A stretch of 64,000 bases of DNA, taken from the NCBI GenBank assembly GCA_965213675.1, contig OZ243916.1, positions 608,001 to 672,000 on the forward strand, in the 5' to 3' direction. The notes under the pieces are model-generated. The model was not told where the DNA came from. It worked only from the letters and a program-made list of their open reading frames with translations, and made no database searches. Of this stretch, positions 18,401 through 27,082 are shown in pieces (position 1 is the first letter of the stretch; each line of letters opens with the position of its first letter). The stretch comes from an uncultured Candidatus Binatia bacterium (GTDB lineage Bacteria; Desulfobacterota; Binatia; UBA9968; JAJDTQ01). The translations under genes and the position numbers were made by a program.

Positions 18401-19324
18401 ATGACCGAAAGAGTGCGAGAGGTATTGGGCTGGTACGGCAGCGACAACCCCGGCACCCTGACCAACCTGGCCCGGATCCTGAACCACGGCCGTCTCGGCG
18501 GCACCGGCAAGTTCGTGATCCTGCCGGTGGACCAGGGCTTCGAGCACGGCCCGGCGCGAAGCTTCGCCCCCAATCCGGCCGGCTATGACCCGCGCTATCA
18601 CTTCAAGCTGGCCCTGGACGCGGGCTGCAACGCCTACGCCGCGCCGCTGGGCTTTCTCGAAGCCGGCGCGCGGGAGTTTGCCGGAGAGATACCGCTCATC
18701 CTCAAGGTCAACAACCACGACCTGCTGAACGATGAACCGGACCCCACCCAGGCGGTGACTTCCAGCGTGGAGGACGCCTTGCGCCTGGGTTGCGCCGCCG
18801 TGGGTTTCACCATCTATCCTGGTTCCGCGCACCGCTTCGGCATGTACGCGCAGATACGCGACATCGCCCGGGAGGCCAAGCGCAACGGGCTGGCGGTGGT
18901 GATGTGGTCCTACCCGCGGGGGTCGGGGCTCAGCAAGGCCGGCGAGGCGGCCGTCGACGTGTGCGCCTACGCCGCGCAGATCGCCGCCCAGCTCGGCGCC
19001 CACATCATCAAGATCAAGTTTCCCGGCGCGAACATCGAACAGGACGCCGCGCGCAAGGTCTACGAGAAGGAGGGCGTCGCCATCGCCGAGCCCGCGGATC
19101 GCATCCGCCACGTGGTGCAATCGGCCTTCGACGGCCGCCGCATCGTCATCTTCTCCGGCGGCCCCGCCACCACCGACGACGCGCTTCTGGCGGAGATCCG
19201 GGCCATCCACCAGGGCGGCGGCTTTGGTTCCATCATCGGCCGCAATTCCTTCCAGCGCAGCAAGCCCGACGCCATGACCCTGCTCGACAAGGTCATGCGC
19301 ATCTACGCGAGCGAGGAGGACTGA
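18401..19324 (+). CDS. fbaB: Class I fructose-bisphosphate aldolase (DhnA/FbaB type)
   Basis: ILPVDQGFEHGPARSFAPNP, WSYPRG, AHIIKIK, GSIIGRNSFQR. Confidence 0.92.
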   Translation: MTERVREVLGWYGSDNPGTLTNLARILNHGRLGGTGKFVILPVDQGFEHGPARSFAPNPAGYDPRYHFKLALDAGCNAYAAPLGFLEAGAREFAGEIPLILKVNNHDLLNDEPDPTQAVTSSVEDALRLGCAAVGFTIYPGSAHRFGMYAQIRDIAREAKRNGLAVVMWSYPRGSGLSKAGEAAVDVCAYAAQIAAQLGAHIIKIKFPGANIEQDAARKVYEKEGVAIAEPADRIRHVVQSAFDGRRIVIFSGGPATTDDALLAEIRAIHQGGGFGSIIGRNSFQRSKPDAMTLLDKVMRIYASEED

Positions 19325-19462
19325 GCGGGTTCGTAAACCCCTCGCGTGGGATTCCAGCCAGAACGTGGGGCGACCGCCGGTCGCCCCTGCCAGTCATGGC
19401 GCCTTGCCGACGACAAACTGCGCCCGCATGACTTGCTGTCACGCTACCTTGGGCGCGATCTG

Positions 19463-20878
19463 CTACGCCGCCGGTCTCACCCGGTCCGCCAGTTTGCCGA
19501 TCACTTGACGGACCTGGTCGAGGGCCTTGGCGAGGTCGGCGAATTCATCCGTGGAGGACACGGTGATCTTGCCGCCGATCTGACCTTGTCCCATGCGTCG
19601 CACCCGGTCGGTCAGCGCCAGCACGGGCGCGAGCACCCATTTGCCGAACAACCAGTGCAGCAACAGCGTCGCCAGCAGCAGCGAAGCGCAGACACCGACT
19701 CCGAGCGCGAAAATGCCGGACAGCCAATTCTGTGGCGCCGGCGGCTCCAACGTACCCGGCACGGCGGTCAAACCGCTCAGATTCGGAGCATCCACAACGA
19801 CCATCCAGTCGAAACCGGTAAATCCCTCAGCCACCTGAGCGTAGACGTCCGGGCTCCCCGTGCGCGCGAACGCCACCAGATGACTGGACGCCGCCGAGCC
19901 GCCCTCGTGGTCCATCCTTTCGGCAACGAACGCTCCGGAACGGTCGCCTTCGTATGCCGGTTTCAGGTGACGGAGGGGCTCGCTTGACAGCAGGTTGACT
20001 TCGGGCCGCATGATCCGGCCGCGAGCATGTCCGGAACGCGTTTCCGCAATCAGTTGTCCGCTGGTGGTTGCCACCAGCAGGTGGGTATCGACCTCCACCT
20101 GGTCCGCCGGTGCGGGCGCGCCATTGTCCGGGGCGGCCGACACCTCGGGATGCAGGAGCTGGCCGGGGGCGGAAAGCCGCCGCGCCACATGATCGGCGAA
20201 CAACTGAACGAAGCGTGTCGAGACCACGGCTTTCATCACGCCGACAGGGTCACGAGTGTCCGGGTCGTGGATGCGCACCGAAAGGTCCAGTGACCAAACG
20301 CCGGCGGACTCGTCGAACTCGATCTCGCCGACGGAAAACCCCGACGACCACGCCCGCTGCCACCACGCCTCGTCGGACTGCACGAAGTCCGACGTCGGGT
20401 TCGTCAGCGCCACGTTGTACCCTTGACGATCGGTGAAGAAGACCTCCGCGAAGTGAGGGGACGACTTGATCTGTTCGCGCATGTAGGCCTCGGCATCCGG
20501 CGCGAGTCCCAAGGTTTTGCTGATGCGGAACTGGTCTTCGACCTGCTGAATGGCCATGGTGTCCAGGCCCTGTTTCGCGTGCGCGTCGCGCGCCCGTCGT
20601 ACCGCCGCCACCACCACCGGGGACGCCGCCCAGACCTGGGCTTCACCGATCCGGTCGATCATGAACCTGTCAATGGACTCCACCAGGCCCGAAGCGGCCT
20701 CGGTGAGTTTCAGCGCGTCACCGCGCAAGGCAAGAGACGCAAGCGCGGCCGACGGCCGCTCCCGCGCGGCGGCCGCGTCCTTCCACAGGAAGTAGCCGTA
20801 TCCGAGCAAGGCCACCACTGGCATCCAGACGAATGCGAATACGGCCAATCCAAAACGAACTCCAAGGGAACGATTCAT
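19463..20878 (-). CDS. Membrane sensor: TM-dCache-TM-HAMP, no output domain
   Basis: TM1; Cache motif FAEVFFTDRQGYNVA..SDFVQSDEAWWQ..EFDESAGV; TM2; HAMP PVLALT..DEFADLAKAL then stop; RBS aggagg before ATG 20878. Confidence 0.8.
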   Translation of the reverse strand: MNRSLGVRFGLAVFAFVWMPVVALLGYGYFLWKDAAAARERPSAALASLALRGDALKLTEAASGLVESIDRFMIDRIGEAQVWAASPVVVAAVRRARDAHAKQGLDTMAIQQVEDQFRISKTLGLAPDAEAYMREQIKSSPHFAEVFFTDRQGYNVALTNPTSDFVQSDEAWWQRAWSSGFSVGEIEFDESAGVWSLDLSVRIHDPDTRDPVGVMKAVVSTRFVQLFADHVARRLSAPGQLLHPEVSAAPDNGAPAPADQVEVDTHLLVATTSGQLIAETRSGHARGRIMRPEVNLLSSEPLRHLKPAYEGDRSGAFVAERMDHEGGSAASSHLVAFARTGSPDVYAQVAEGFTGFDWMVVVDAPNLSGLTAVPGTLEPPAPQNWLSGIFALGVGVCASLLLATLLLHWLFGKWVLAPVLALTDRVRRMGQGQIGGKITVSSTDEFADLAKALDQVRQVIGKLADRVRPAA

Positions 20879-21155
20879 GCGAAGTATACCTCCTGATGCC
20901 GGGCGACGGCCTGCCGCCCAAGCCTTTCGACGCGCGCACGTTGATGTTTCACCCAACGGTTCGGCGTACCTCAAGCTCGCGCACGAGAGGCTTCCGACCG
21001 GTGGCTCGATTCATACGACCGGCCACGGAACGCTTGCTGTTCAGCCCTGTTGTTGAGTCCGCACTTGACCCGGAGGATCCGGGTTTTCCATGCTAAAAAC
21101 AGACACGACTGCCATAGCACAGCCTGTCGCGAATTTGTAGTCCTTCACGCCGATC

Positions 21156-21177
21156 AGTTTGCACAAAGTTTGCACAA
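21156..21177. promoter_or_regulatory. Tandem 11-bp direct repeat AGTTTGCACAA x2, possible regulator site
   Basis: Exact repeat in an AT-rich divergent intergenic region. Confidence 0.4.
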
Positions 21178-21396
21178 AAAACGATGACGATGATTCTGGG
21201 CGATGCCCCGTTGGACAGGCAGCAGTCTGCATCCAGGGAGCAGGCTCCTCGCCATGCCCGGCGCCGTAATCACCGGAGGCCAGGCGGGTTGGCCCAAAGG
21301 GGAAAAACTGAAAGCGGAAGCGCTTCAAGAAGCGCGGCGACGCCGCCGGCCCGCGCGGCTTGCGGCTGGTGAAGGCGTGTGCTAACCGTGGCCTGC

Positions 21397-21555
21397 ATGC
21401 CTCTTCAGAGAACCATGGAAATCAAGCGCCGCCGTCGACGCCGGAAGAGTCTGGCAAAGTTGCGAGCGGAACTTCAGGCTGCCCGCACCCCCCAGGCGCG
21501 GGCCAAGTTGCTGGACAAGGCCTTCAGGATTTCCCCGACGGCCGTTCTGGAGTAG
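21397..21555 (+). CDS. Small basic 52-aa protein (DUF6800-like)
   Basis: MPLQRTMEIKRRRRRRKSLAKLRAELQAARTPQARAKLLDKAFRISPTAVLE; shorter than any ORF listed in the track. Confidence 0.65.
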   Translation: MPLQRTMEIKRRRRRRKSLAKLRAELQAARTPQARAKLLDKAFRISPTAVLE

Positions 21556-21580
21556 TCTTCAGGCTTCCCGGAGTTTCCGC

Positions 21581-23026
21581 TCAGAACGGTTCCACCACCC
21601 GGTAGCTCCTGCTTTTGGGCCTCACCGGAGCGAGTATTCCCATCTTCACCAGGCCGCGGATGTCGCGGTAAGCGGTGTCGCGATCCACGTCGGCGATGCG
21701 CTGGTAGTCCGCGGTGGACAGGGCCTTGCCGTGGGACAGGGCGTACACCAGCAGCCGTTGCTGCCGCGGGCCGAGCCGCGAGCGGTCGAAACGGTCCAGC
21801 CACTTCAGCGTCTCGTCGTCATAGATGGGGGTATTGCGCAGGGTCACGGTGAAGAAGAAGCCCTCCTCGCCGAAGTCCGGCGGATGCAGCGCGTTCTGTT
21901 CCATCTGCTGGAACATGCGCGGCACCCCTTCGCCGATCTCACGCATATAGCCCAGATCGGAGAGCGCGCGCACCAGCAAGGGATTGCGCGAGAAATGCAC
22001 ACGTTCCTGCCGCTTCAGGTGATTCAGGGTGACGGGCGCGGGCAGGGAGCCCGGGCTGCGCACCTCCAGGCGGTCGTCGAACATCCATACTTCGATTCCC
22101 GCGCCGGAAAGGGAGTAGTCGCGATGAGCGACCGCGTTCACCAGCGCCTCCTGCCATGCGAACGAAGGGTATTCCAGGTGTTCCTTGAAAAACAGGTCGT
22201 GCAACACCATGCGCTCGCGAATATGCTCCTTGATGCGGCCCACCGCCTCATCGATGAGCACCCACAGCGGCTGCTCGATGCGCACCCGCCGGACCACGTT
22301 CAAGGACTCGCCGTAGCCTCGTTCCGTGCCCTCGTACTTGACGAAGTCAATGCCGCAGCGTGGATGCCATTGTGACGGCTCCTTGGCGAGCAGCAACAAG
22401 GCGGCCATGGAAATTTCCGGCCGGTCCGCCGATCCGCCCACGAGGTGGTACGGCCGCGCCAGCGTCGCGCGCGGGTGCGTGGGCGCCCCCACGCGTTCGT
22501 TGAAGGATTCCAGGGAGACCGGATCCAGATCGTCCCACGTGGCGCGGTCGATACGCTGCCGTTCGAAGGAATACGACAACCTGGCTTCTTTCAGCCGCCG
22601 GATCTGCTCGGGGGGGACCGCGGGATTCTCCGAGGCCACACGATAGAAGGTTCGGCCGCTGGCCACGCGGCGCACTTCGAGGCCCGGCGTCACTTCGAAC
22701 CGGAGCAGCAGCAGGTTGCCGAGGTCGATGCGCTCGTACAGCGGATCGAGGGGCGGGTTGAGCAGTCTCCGCGGGACTTCGCTGAGCTCGCGGATCTCGT
22801 CTTCCGAGTAGGGCAGGCCGGTGAGGCTCTTGTCGGGCTCGACGCCCACAAGCAAGACGCCGCCGTCGGCGTTGGCCATGCCGCCGAGTAGACGCGCGAT
22901 CTCGCGCGCGAGGTCACGGGGCCGCTTGGTCTGGGTGCCGCGCTTCTTTGGATCGTAGGCGCTGGCGAATTCGAGGAACTGGCCCCGTTCTTCCTTCAGC
23001 AGCGTTTCAAGTTCGCGTCCAGCCAT
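21581..23026 (-). CDS. AlbA_2 (Schlafen-like) + HATPase_c_4 (RecG-C-like) + wHTH protein
   Basis: MANADGGVLLVGV, EALVNAVAHRDYS, FDDRLEVRSPGSLP, SRNPLL, GEGVPRM, C-terminal HTH. Confidence 0.85.
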   Translation of the reverse strand: MAGRELETLLKEERGQFLEFASAYDPKKRGTQTKRPRDLAREIARLLGGMANADGGVLLVGVEPDKSLTGLPYSEDEIRELSEVPRRLLNPPLDPLYERIDLGNLLLLRFEVTPGLEVRRVASGRTFYRVASENPAVPPEQIRRLKEARLSYSFERQRIDRATWDDLDPVSLESFNERVGAPTHPRATLARPYHLVGGSADRPEISMAALLLLAKEPSQWHPRCGIDFVKYEGTERGYGESLNVVRRVRIEQPLWVLIDEAVGRIKEHIRERMVLHDLFFKEHLEYPSFAWQEALVNAVAHRDYSLSGAGIEVWMFDDRLEVRSPGSLPAPVTLNHLKRQERVHFSRNPLLVRALSDLGYMREIGEGVPRMFQQMEQNALHPPDFGEEGFFFTVTLRNTPIYDDETLKWLDRFDRSRLGPRQQRLLVYALSHGKALSTADYQRIADVDRDTAYRDIRGLVKMGILAPVRPKSRSYRVVEPF

Positions 23027-23137
23027 GATCGTCGATGGGGTGGGTCGGAACCATTCTCTCGCCTTGCCTGGCGTGGGGCGAAACCGTCGCCGCGGCGCGT
23101 TCCCCAGGCGCCCGCCCGCGTACCCGACGCACCCGAT

Positions 23138-24289
23138 TCACCGGGCGCCGTCGCCTTCGAGCCGCAAGACCTCGTGGATGATTCGCGCCGCGGACACGAG
23201 ATCGTTTACGTCCAGCCATTCGTGCACCGTGTGGATATCGCGCATGCCGCTGGCGAGGTTGGCGACCTGGAGACCGCGCCGGTTGAAAACGTTGGCGTCG
23301 CAGCCGCCGCCCTTGGCCACGGTGTCGACGGCGAAACCGAGGTTGCGCGCGGCCTCGTGCACGCGCCGGACGATGGGGGTGTCGTGGGGCACGTCCATGC
23401 GGTCGTATTCGCGCACGATCCGGGCCTCCACCCGAGCTTCGCGCAAGCGGCCGTCCACTTGCACCGCGGCCTCCGCCGCCGCCTGCCGCAGACACGCCTG
23501 CATCGCCTGTGTCTGCCGTTGGAGCTTGGTCTCGTCGTGGCTGCGAACTTCGCCTTCAAGCGCCACCCGATTGGGCACAATGTTCACCGCGGCGCCGCCG
23601 CTCACCAGGCCGATATTGGCGGTGGTCTCATCGTCGATGCGTCCCAGCGGCATGGCCGCGACGCCTTGGGCCGCCACCTGAATCGCGCTGATGCCGCGTT
23701 CGGGACAGATGCCGGCGTGGGCCTCGAGGCCGTGGACCACGAATTCCAGGCGGTTCACCGCGGGCGCCTTGGTGATCAGGAACCCCACCGAGTCGCTGTC
23801 GAGCACGAGACCGGTTCTTGCGCGCAGGAGCCCCAGATCGAGATGTTTGGCCCCCAGGAGCCCCACCTCTTCGCAGATGGTGAAGACCACGTCGATGTCG
23901 CCGTGGGGGACGTCCTCTTCGGCCAGCGCCTCGATCACCTCCAGGATGATGGCGATGCCGCTCTTGTCGTCGCCGCCGAGGACCGTCCGCCCGTCGCTCC
24001 GGATGACGTCGCCCTCCACCACGGGCGCCACGCCTTCGCCGGGCGCCACCGTGTCCATGTGCGCGGACAGGAGCATGGGTTCGGCCCCGCGGGCGGCGCC
24101 GTCGAAGCGCGCGACAAGGTTCCCGGTCTCGCCGTTGACCGCGGCGCCGGCGTCGTCCGTGAATACCGTGCCCCCCAGAGACAGGAGGATCTCCTTCAGG
24201 CGCGCCGCGATGGCCCCTTCGCGGCGTGACAGGCTGTCGATCCGAACCAGCTCCAGAACGCGTTCCTTGAGCCGCGTTTTGTCAATCAA
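23138..24289 (-). CDS. M20 peptidase T-like metallopeptidase
   Basis: SAHMDTV, LGGDDKSG, CEEVGLLGA, GGGCDAN, IHTVHE; TTG start after aaggag. Confidence 0.88.
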   Translation of the reverse strand: MIDKTRLKERVLELVRIDSLSRREGAIAARLKEILLSLGGTVFTDDAGAAVNGETGNLVARFDGAARGAEPMLLSAHMDTVAPGEGVAPVVEGDVIRSDGRTVLGGDDKSGIAIILEVIEALAEEDVPHGDIDVVFTICEEVGLLGAKHLDLGLLRARTGLVLDSDSVGFLITKAPAVNRLEFVVHGLEAHAGICPERGISAIQVAAQGVAAMPLGRIDDETTANIGLVSGGAAVNIVPNRVALEGEVRSHDETKLQRQTQAMQACLRQAAAEAAVQVDGRLREARVEARIVREYDRMDVPHDTPIVRRVHEAARNLGFAVDTVAKGGGCDANVFNRRGLQVANLASGMRDIHTVHEWLDVNDLVSAARIIHEVLRLEGDGAR

Positions 24290-24698
24290 CGAAACATCTC
24301 CTTCGAATCCGTCTGCGCCGCGGTCGGCGCAAGCGCCTTCGGTGAACGGCCCGCCGCGCGGCCCGCGCGCGGCGCCGCAGTCTACTATAAGGAAACTCGG
24401 AACAATTGCCACAGGAACGATGGCGTCCTCCGGCTCTGCGCCCCTGAGGAAGGCGCGTCCCTGCGGCGACCGGGTCGTCTCGGGGTCGTAGTCCAATGGG
24501 CGGGGCGATGTCCACCGCCTGCGCGCCCCATCGGTTGTCATCGCTATTCAAGGGGGCGCCGGGCCGGGTTCACGCCGGTTGGAGCGACCGGAGCCCTTTG
24601 GTATCATGCGCGTTGATTTGGCGGGTCCGTGGGCCGGACCGACGAATCGCGAGCTTCCGAGTGACTAACACTCCGAGTGCCTGATGGAGGAGGTTGCC

Positions 24699-26453
24699 GT
24701 GCAGCACCAGGGACGTGGCTCTTCCGACGTTCGCTACCAGCCTGACGAAAAACCGCCATTGGCGCTGTCGGCCGGGTTGGGCCTTCAACTCGCGATCCTC
24801 TCCATTTCCGGGGTCGTTCTGACGCCGGCCGTGGTCATCCGGGCGGCGGGCGGGAGCGAAAGTTATCTTGCCTGGGCGGTGTTCGCGGCGGTGGCCGTCA
24901 GCGGACTCACCACCATCCTCCAGGCCGTGCGCGTCGGCCGCTTCGGCGCCGGCCACGTGCTGCTGATGGGCACGTCCGGCGCCTTCATCGCGGTCTGCGT
25001 CGGCGCGTTGGCACAGGGAGGCCCGGCGCTGCTGGCGACCCTGGTCCTGGTCTCGTCGTTCTTTCAATTCATCCTGTCGTCGCGGCTGTCGCTGCTCCGG
25101 CGCATCCTCACGCCGGGGGTTGCGGGGACCGTGCTCATGTTGATCCCCGTGACGGTCATGCCCATCGTTTTCGGCATGCTGGGCGACGTGCCGGAGGGCT
25201 CCCCGCCCCTGGCGGCGCCGTTGAGCGCGCTGGCCACCGTCGTGGTGGTGATCGGCATCGCGTTGAAAGCCAGCGGGCCGCTGCGCCTGTGGGCGCCGGT
25301 GATCGGCGTGGTGGCGGGCTCCGTCGCGGCCCATGGCTTCGGTCTGTACGACACCGGTCTCGTGGCCGATTCCGCCTGGGTGGGGCTTCCGGACGGCCAA
25401 TGGCCGGGACTGGATCTGAGTTTCGGCGCGGCTTTCTGGTCGCTGTTGCCCGCGTTCGTATTCGTGACCCTGGTCGGGGCCATCGAGACCATCGGCGACG
25501 GCATGGCCATTCAGCGGGTCTCCTGGCGCGACGGTCGGGCGGTGGACTTTCGCCGGGTGGAGGGCGCGGTGGCGGCCGACGGCGTGGGCAATCTGCTCTC
25601 CGGGCTCGGCGGGACGGTGCCGAACACTACCTACTCCACCAGCATCGCCGTGACGGAGTTGACCGGGGTGGCCTCACGCAACGTCGGCATCGCCATCGGC
25701 GTCATCTTCCTTGTGGTGGCCTTTTTTCCCAAGGCGCTGGCGCTTATCCTGGCGATTCCGGCGCCCGTGGCGGCCGCCTACGTCACGGTGCTCCTCGCCA
25801 TGCTGTTCGTGGTGGGCATGAAGCTGGTGCTCCAGGAAGAGATCAGCTATCGCAGCGGGCTCATCGTCGGTGTTTCCTTCTGGGCCGGGGTCGGCTTTCA
25901 GAACGGCGTGATCTACCCCGAGTACTTTGCCGGCTTCGCCGGCGGGCTGCTGCAGAACGGCATGACCGCGGGCGGGCTGGCGGCCATCCTCATGACCTTG
26001 TTCGTGGAGCTGACCGGTCCCCGCCCGAGCCGCATCGAAGTGCCCTTCGGCCTGGAAGCGTTGCCGAAGATCCGCGAGTTTCTCGCGAGTTTCGTTTCGC
26101 GCGGCGGCTGGGACAAGGCCACCGCGGACCGGCTTGACGCGGTGGCCGAGGAAACCCTGCTGACGCTTGTGGGTCAGGATGAGGCCGGCGCGGCAACGCA
26201 GCCGCGGCGCCTGCGCCTGACCGCCCGCAGGGAAAGTGGCGGGGCGCTCCTGGAGTTCGTGGCCGCGCCCGGGAGCGAGAACATCGAGGACAGCATGGCC
26301 CTGCTCGGAACCGGCCCCGTGGAGGCCCCGGACGAGCACGAGATTTCCCTGCGGCTGCTGCGGCACCTCGCCTCACGGGTGCATCACCAGCAATATCATG
26401 GCACGGACATCGTGACCGTTCACGTGGACACGGCGGCACGGGGTAAGCCGTAA
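24699..26453 (+). CDS. NCS2/NAT-fold permease fused to a C-terminal RsbW-like (HATPase_c_2) domain
   Basis: YQPDEKPP, MGTSGAF, IETIGD, ADGVGNLLSGL, PNTTYS; soluble ~140-aa tail with anti-sigma-factor-like pattern; GTG 24699 after ggagg (alternative start 24684). Confidence 0.8.
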   Translation: MQHQGRGSSDVRYQPDEKPPLALSAGLGLQLAILSISGVVLTPAVVIRAAGGSESYLAWAVFAAVAVSGLTTILQAVRVGRFGAGHVLLMGTSGAFIAVCVGALAQGGPALLATLVLVSSFFQFILSSRLSLLRRILTPGVAGTVLMLIPVTVMPIVFGMLGDVPEGSPPLAAPLSALATVVVVIGIALKASGPLRLWAPVIGVVAGSVAAHGFGLYDTGLVADSAWVGLPDGQWPGLDLSFGAAFWSLLPAFVFVTLVGAIETIGDGMAIQRVSWRDGRAVDFRRVEGAVAADGVGNLLSGLGGTVPNTTYSTSIAVTELTGVASRNVGIAIGVIFLVVAFFPKALALILAIPAPVAAAYVTVLLAMLFVVGMKLVLQEEISYRSGLIVGVSFWAGVGFQNGVIYPEYFAGFAGGLLQNGMTAGGLAAILMTLFVELTGPRPSRIEVPFGLEALPKIREFLASFVSRGGWDKATADRLDAVAEETLLTLVGQDEAGAATQPRRLRLTARRESGGALLEFVAAPGSENIEDSMALLGTGPVEAPDEHEISLRLLRHLASRVHHQQYHGTDIVTVHVDTAARGKP

Positions 26454-26478
26454 GACTCGTGGAGGGTTGGGCGGAAGT

Positions 26479-26555
26479 TGGTGGCGGTGGCTGGACTTGA
26501 ACCAGCGACGCCGCGGATATGAGCCGCGTGCTCTGACCAACTGAGCTACACCGCC
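26479..26555 (-). tRNA. tRNA-Met (CAT), elongator type
   Basis: Reverse complement GGCGGTGTAGCTCAGTTGGTCAGAGCACGCGGCTCATATCCGCGGCGTCGCTGGTTCAAGTCCAGCCACCGCCACCA; paired G1-C72; encoded CCA. Confidence 0.93.
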
Positions 26556-26780
26556 AACGTGTCTCCAGGAAGGATGGGTCAGGGTGGCTCGGGCGCTCAG
26601 GCCCGCGCACCCGGACAGCCACTCTCATCATAAAACGCGGCCCGCCAACATGCAAGCCAATGCCGCGGCGGCGCGTTTGCCTGCCCCACATTTGCCGCCC
26701 CAATACCTCCAGGTGTTCTTTAGACGTTCTGAGCCCAGACATTCTCAAGCCATATTTTCGAATGGGTCGGTTTCTTTTCG

Positions 26781-26816
26781 TTGACAATCGTGTTGCGCGT
26801 GTTAGCCTGTTACAGG
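26781..26816 (+). promoter_or_regulatory. Putative sigma70 promoter for the giant adhesin, with overlapping palindrome
   Basis: TTGACA-16 nt-TAGCCT; CCTGTTACAGG palindrome at 26806-26816. Confidence 0.45.
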
Positions 26817-27082
26817 TGTTACGTTTTGCAACAAGGAGAGGCCGGCATGGGTTGTCCTGACCGTGAAAACTCAGACCACCAGCCACGGTCCGGCGGTCAG
26901 CGGTTCCCCCTTGTGCCGAATCTCGCTCCAGAGCAGGCCTTCGAAAGGCTGCGGGGTCGGCGCCCACAAATGAAAAGTTCAACAAACACATCACCAAACA
27001 CGGTGAGCAGGGCGTGGTCACAGCGCTTCAGAAATTCATGCGCTCCTGATGCGTTCGGGCGCATGGTTTTGGAGTCAGCATC

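Noticed and set aside
26850-26960. Possible c-di-GMP riboswitch in the adhesin leader
   Set aside because: Hairpins are present, but I cannot match the GEMM consensus; an Infernal scan would be needed
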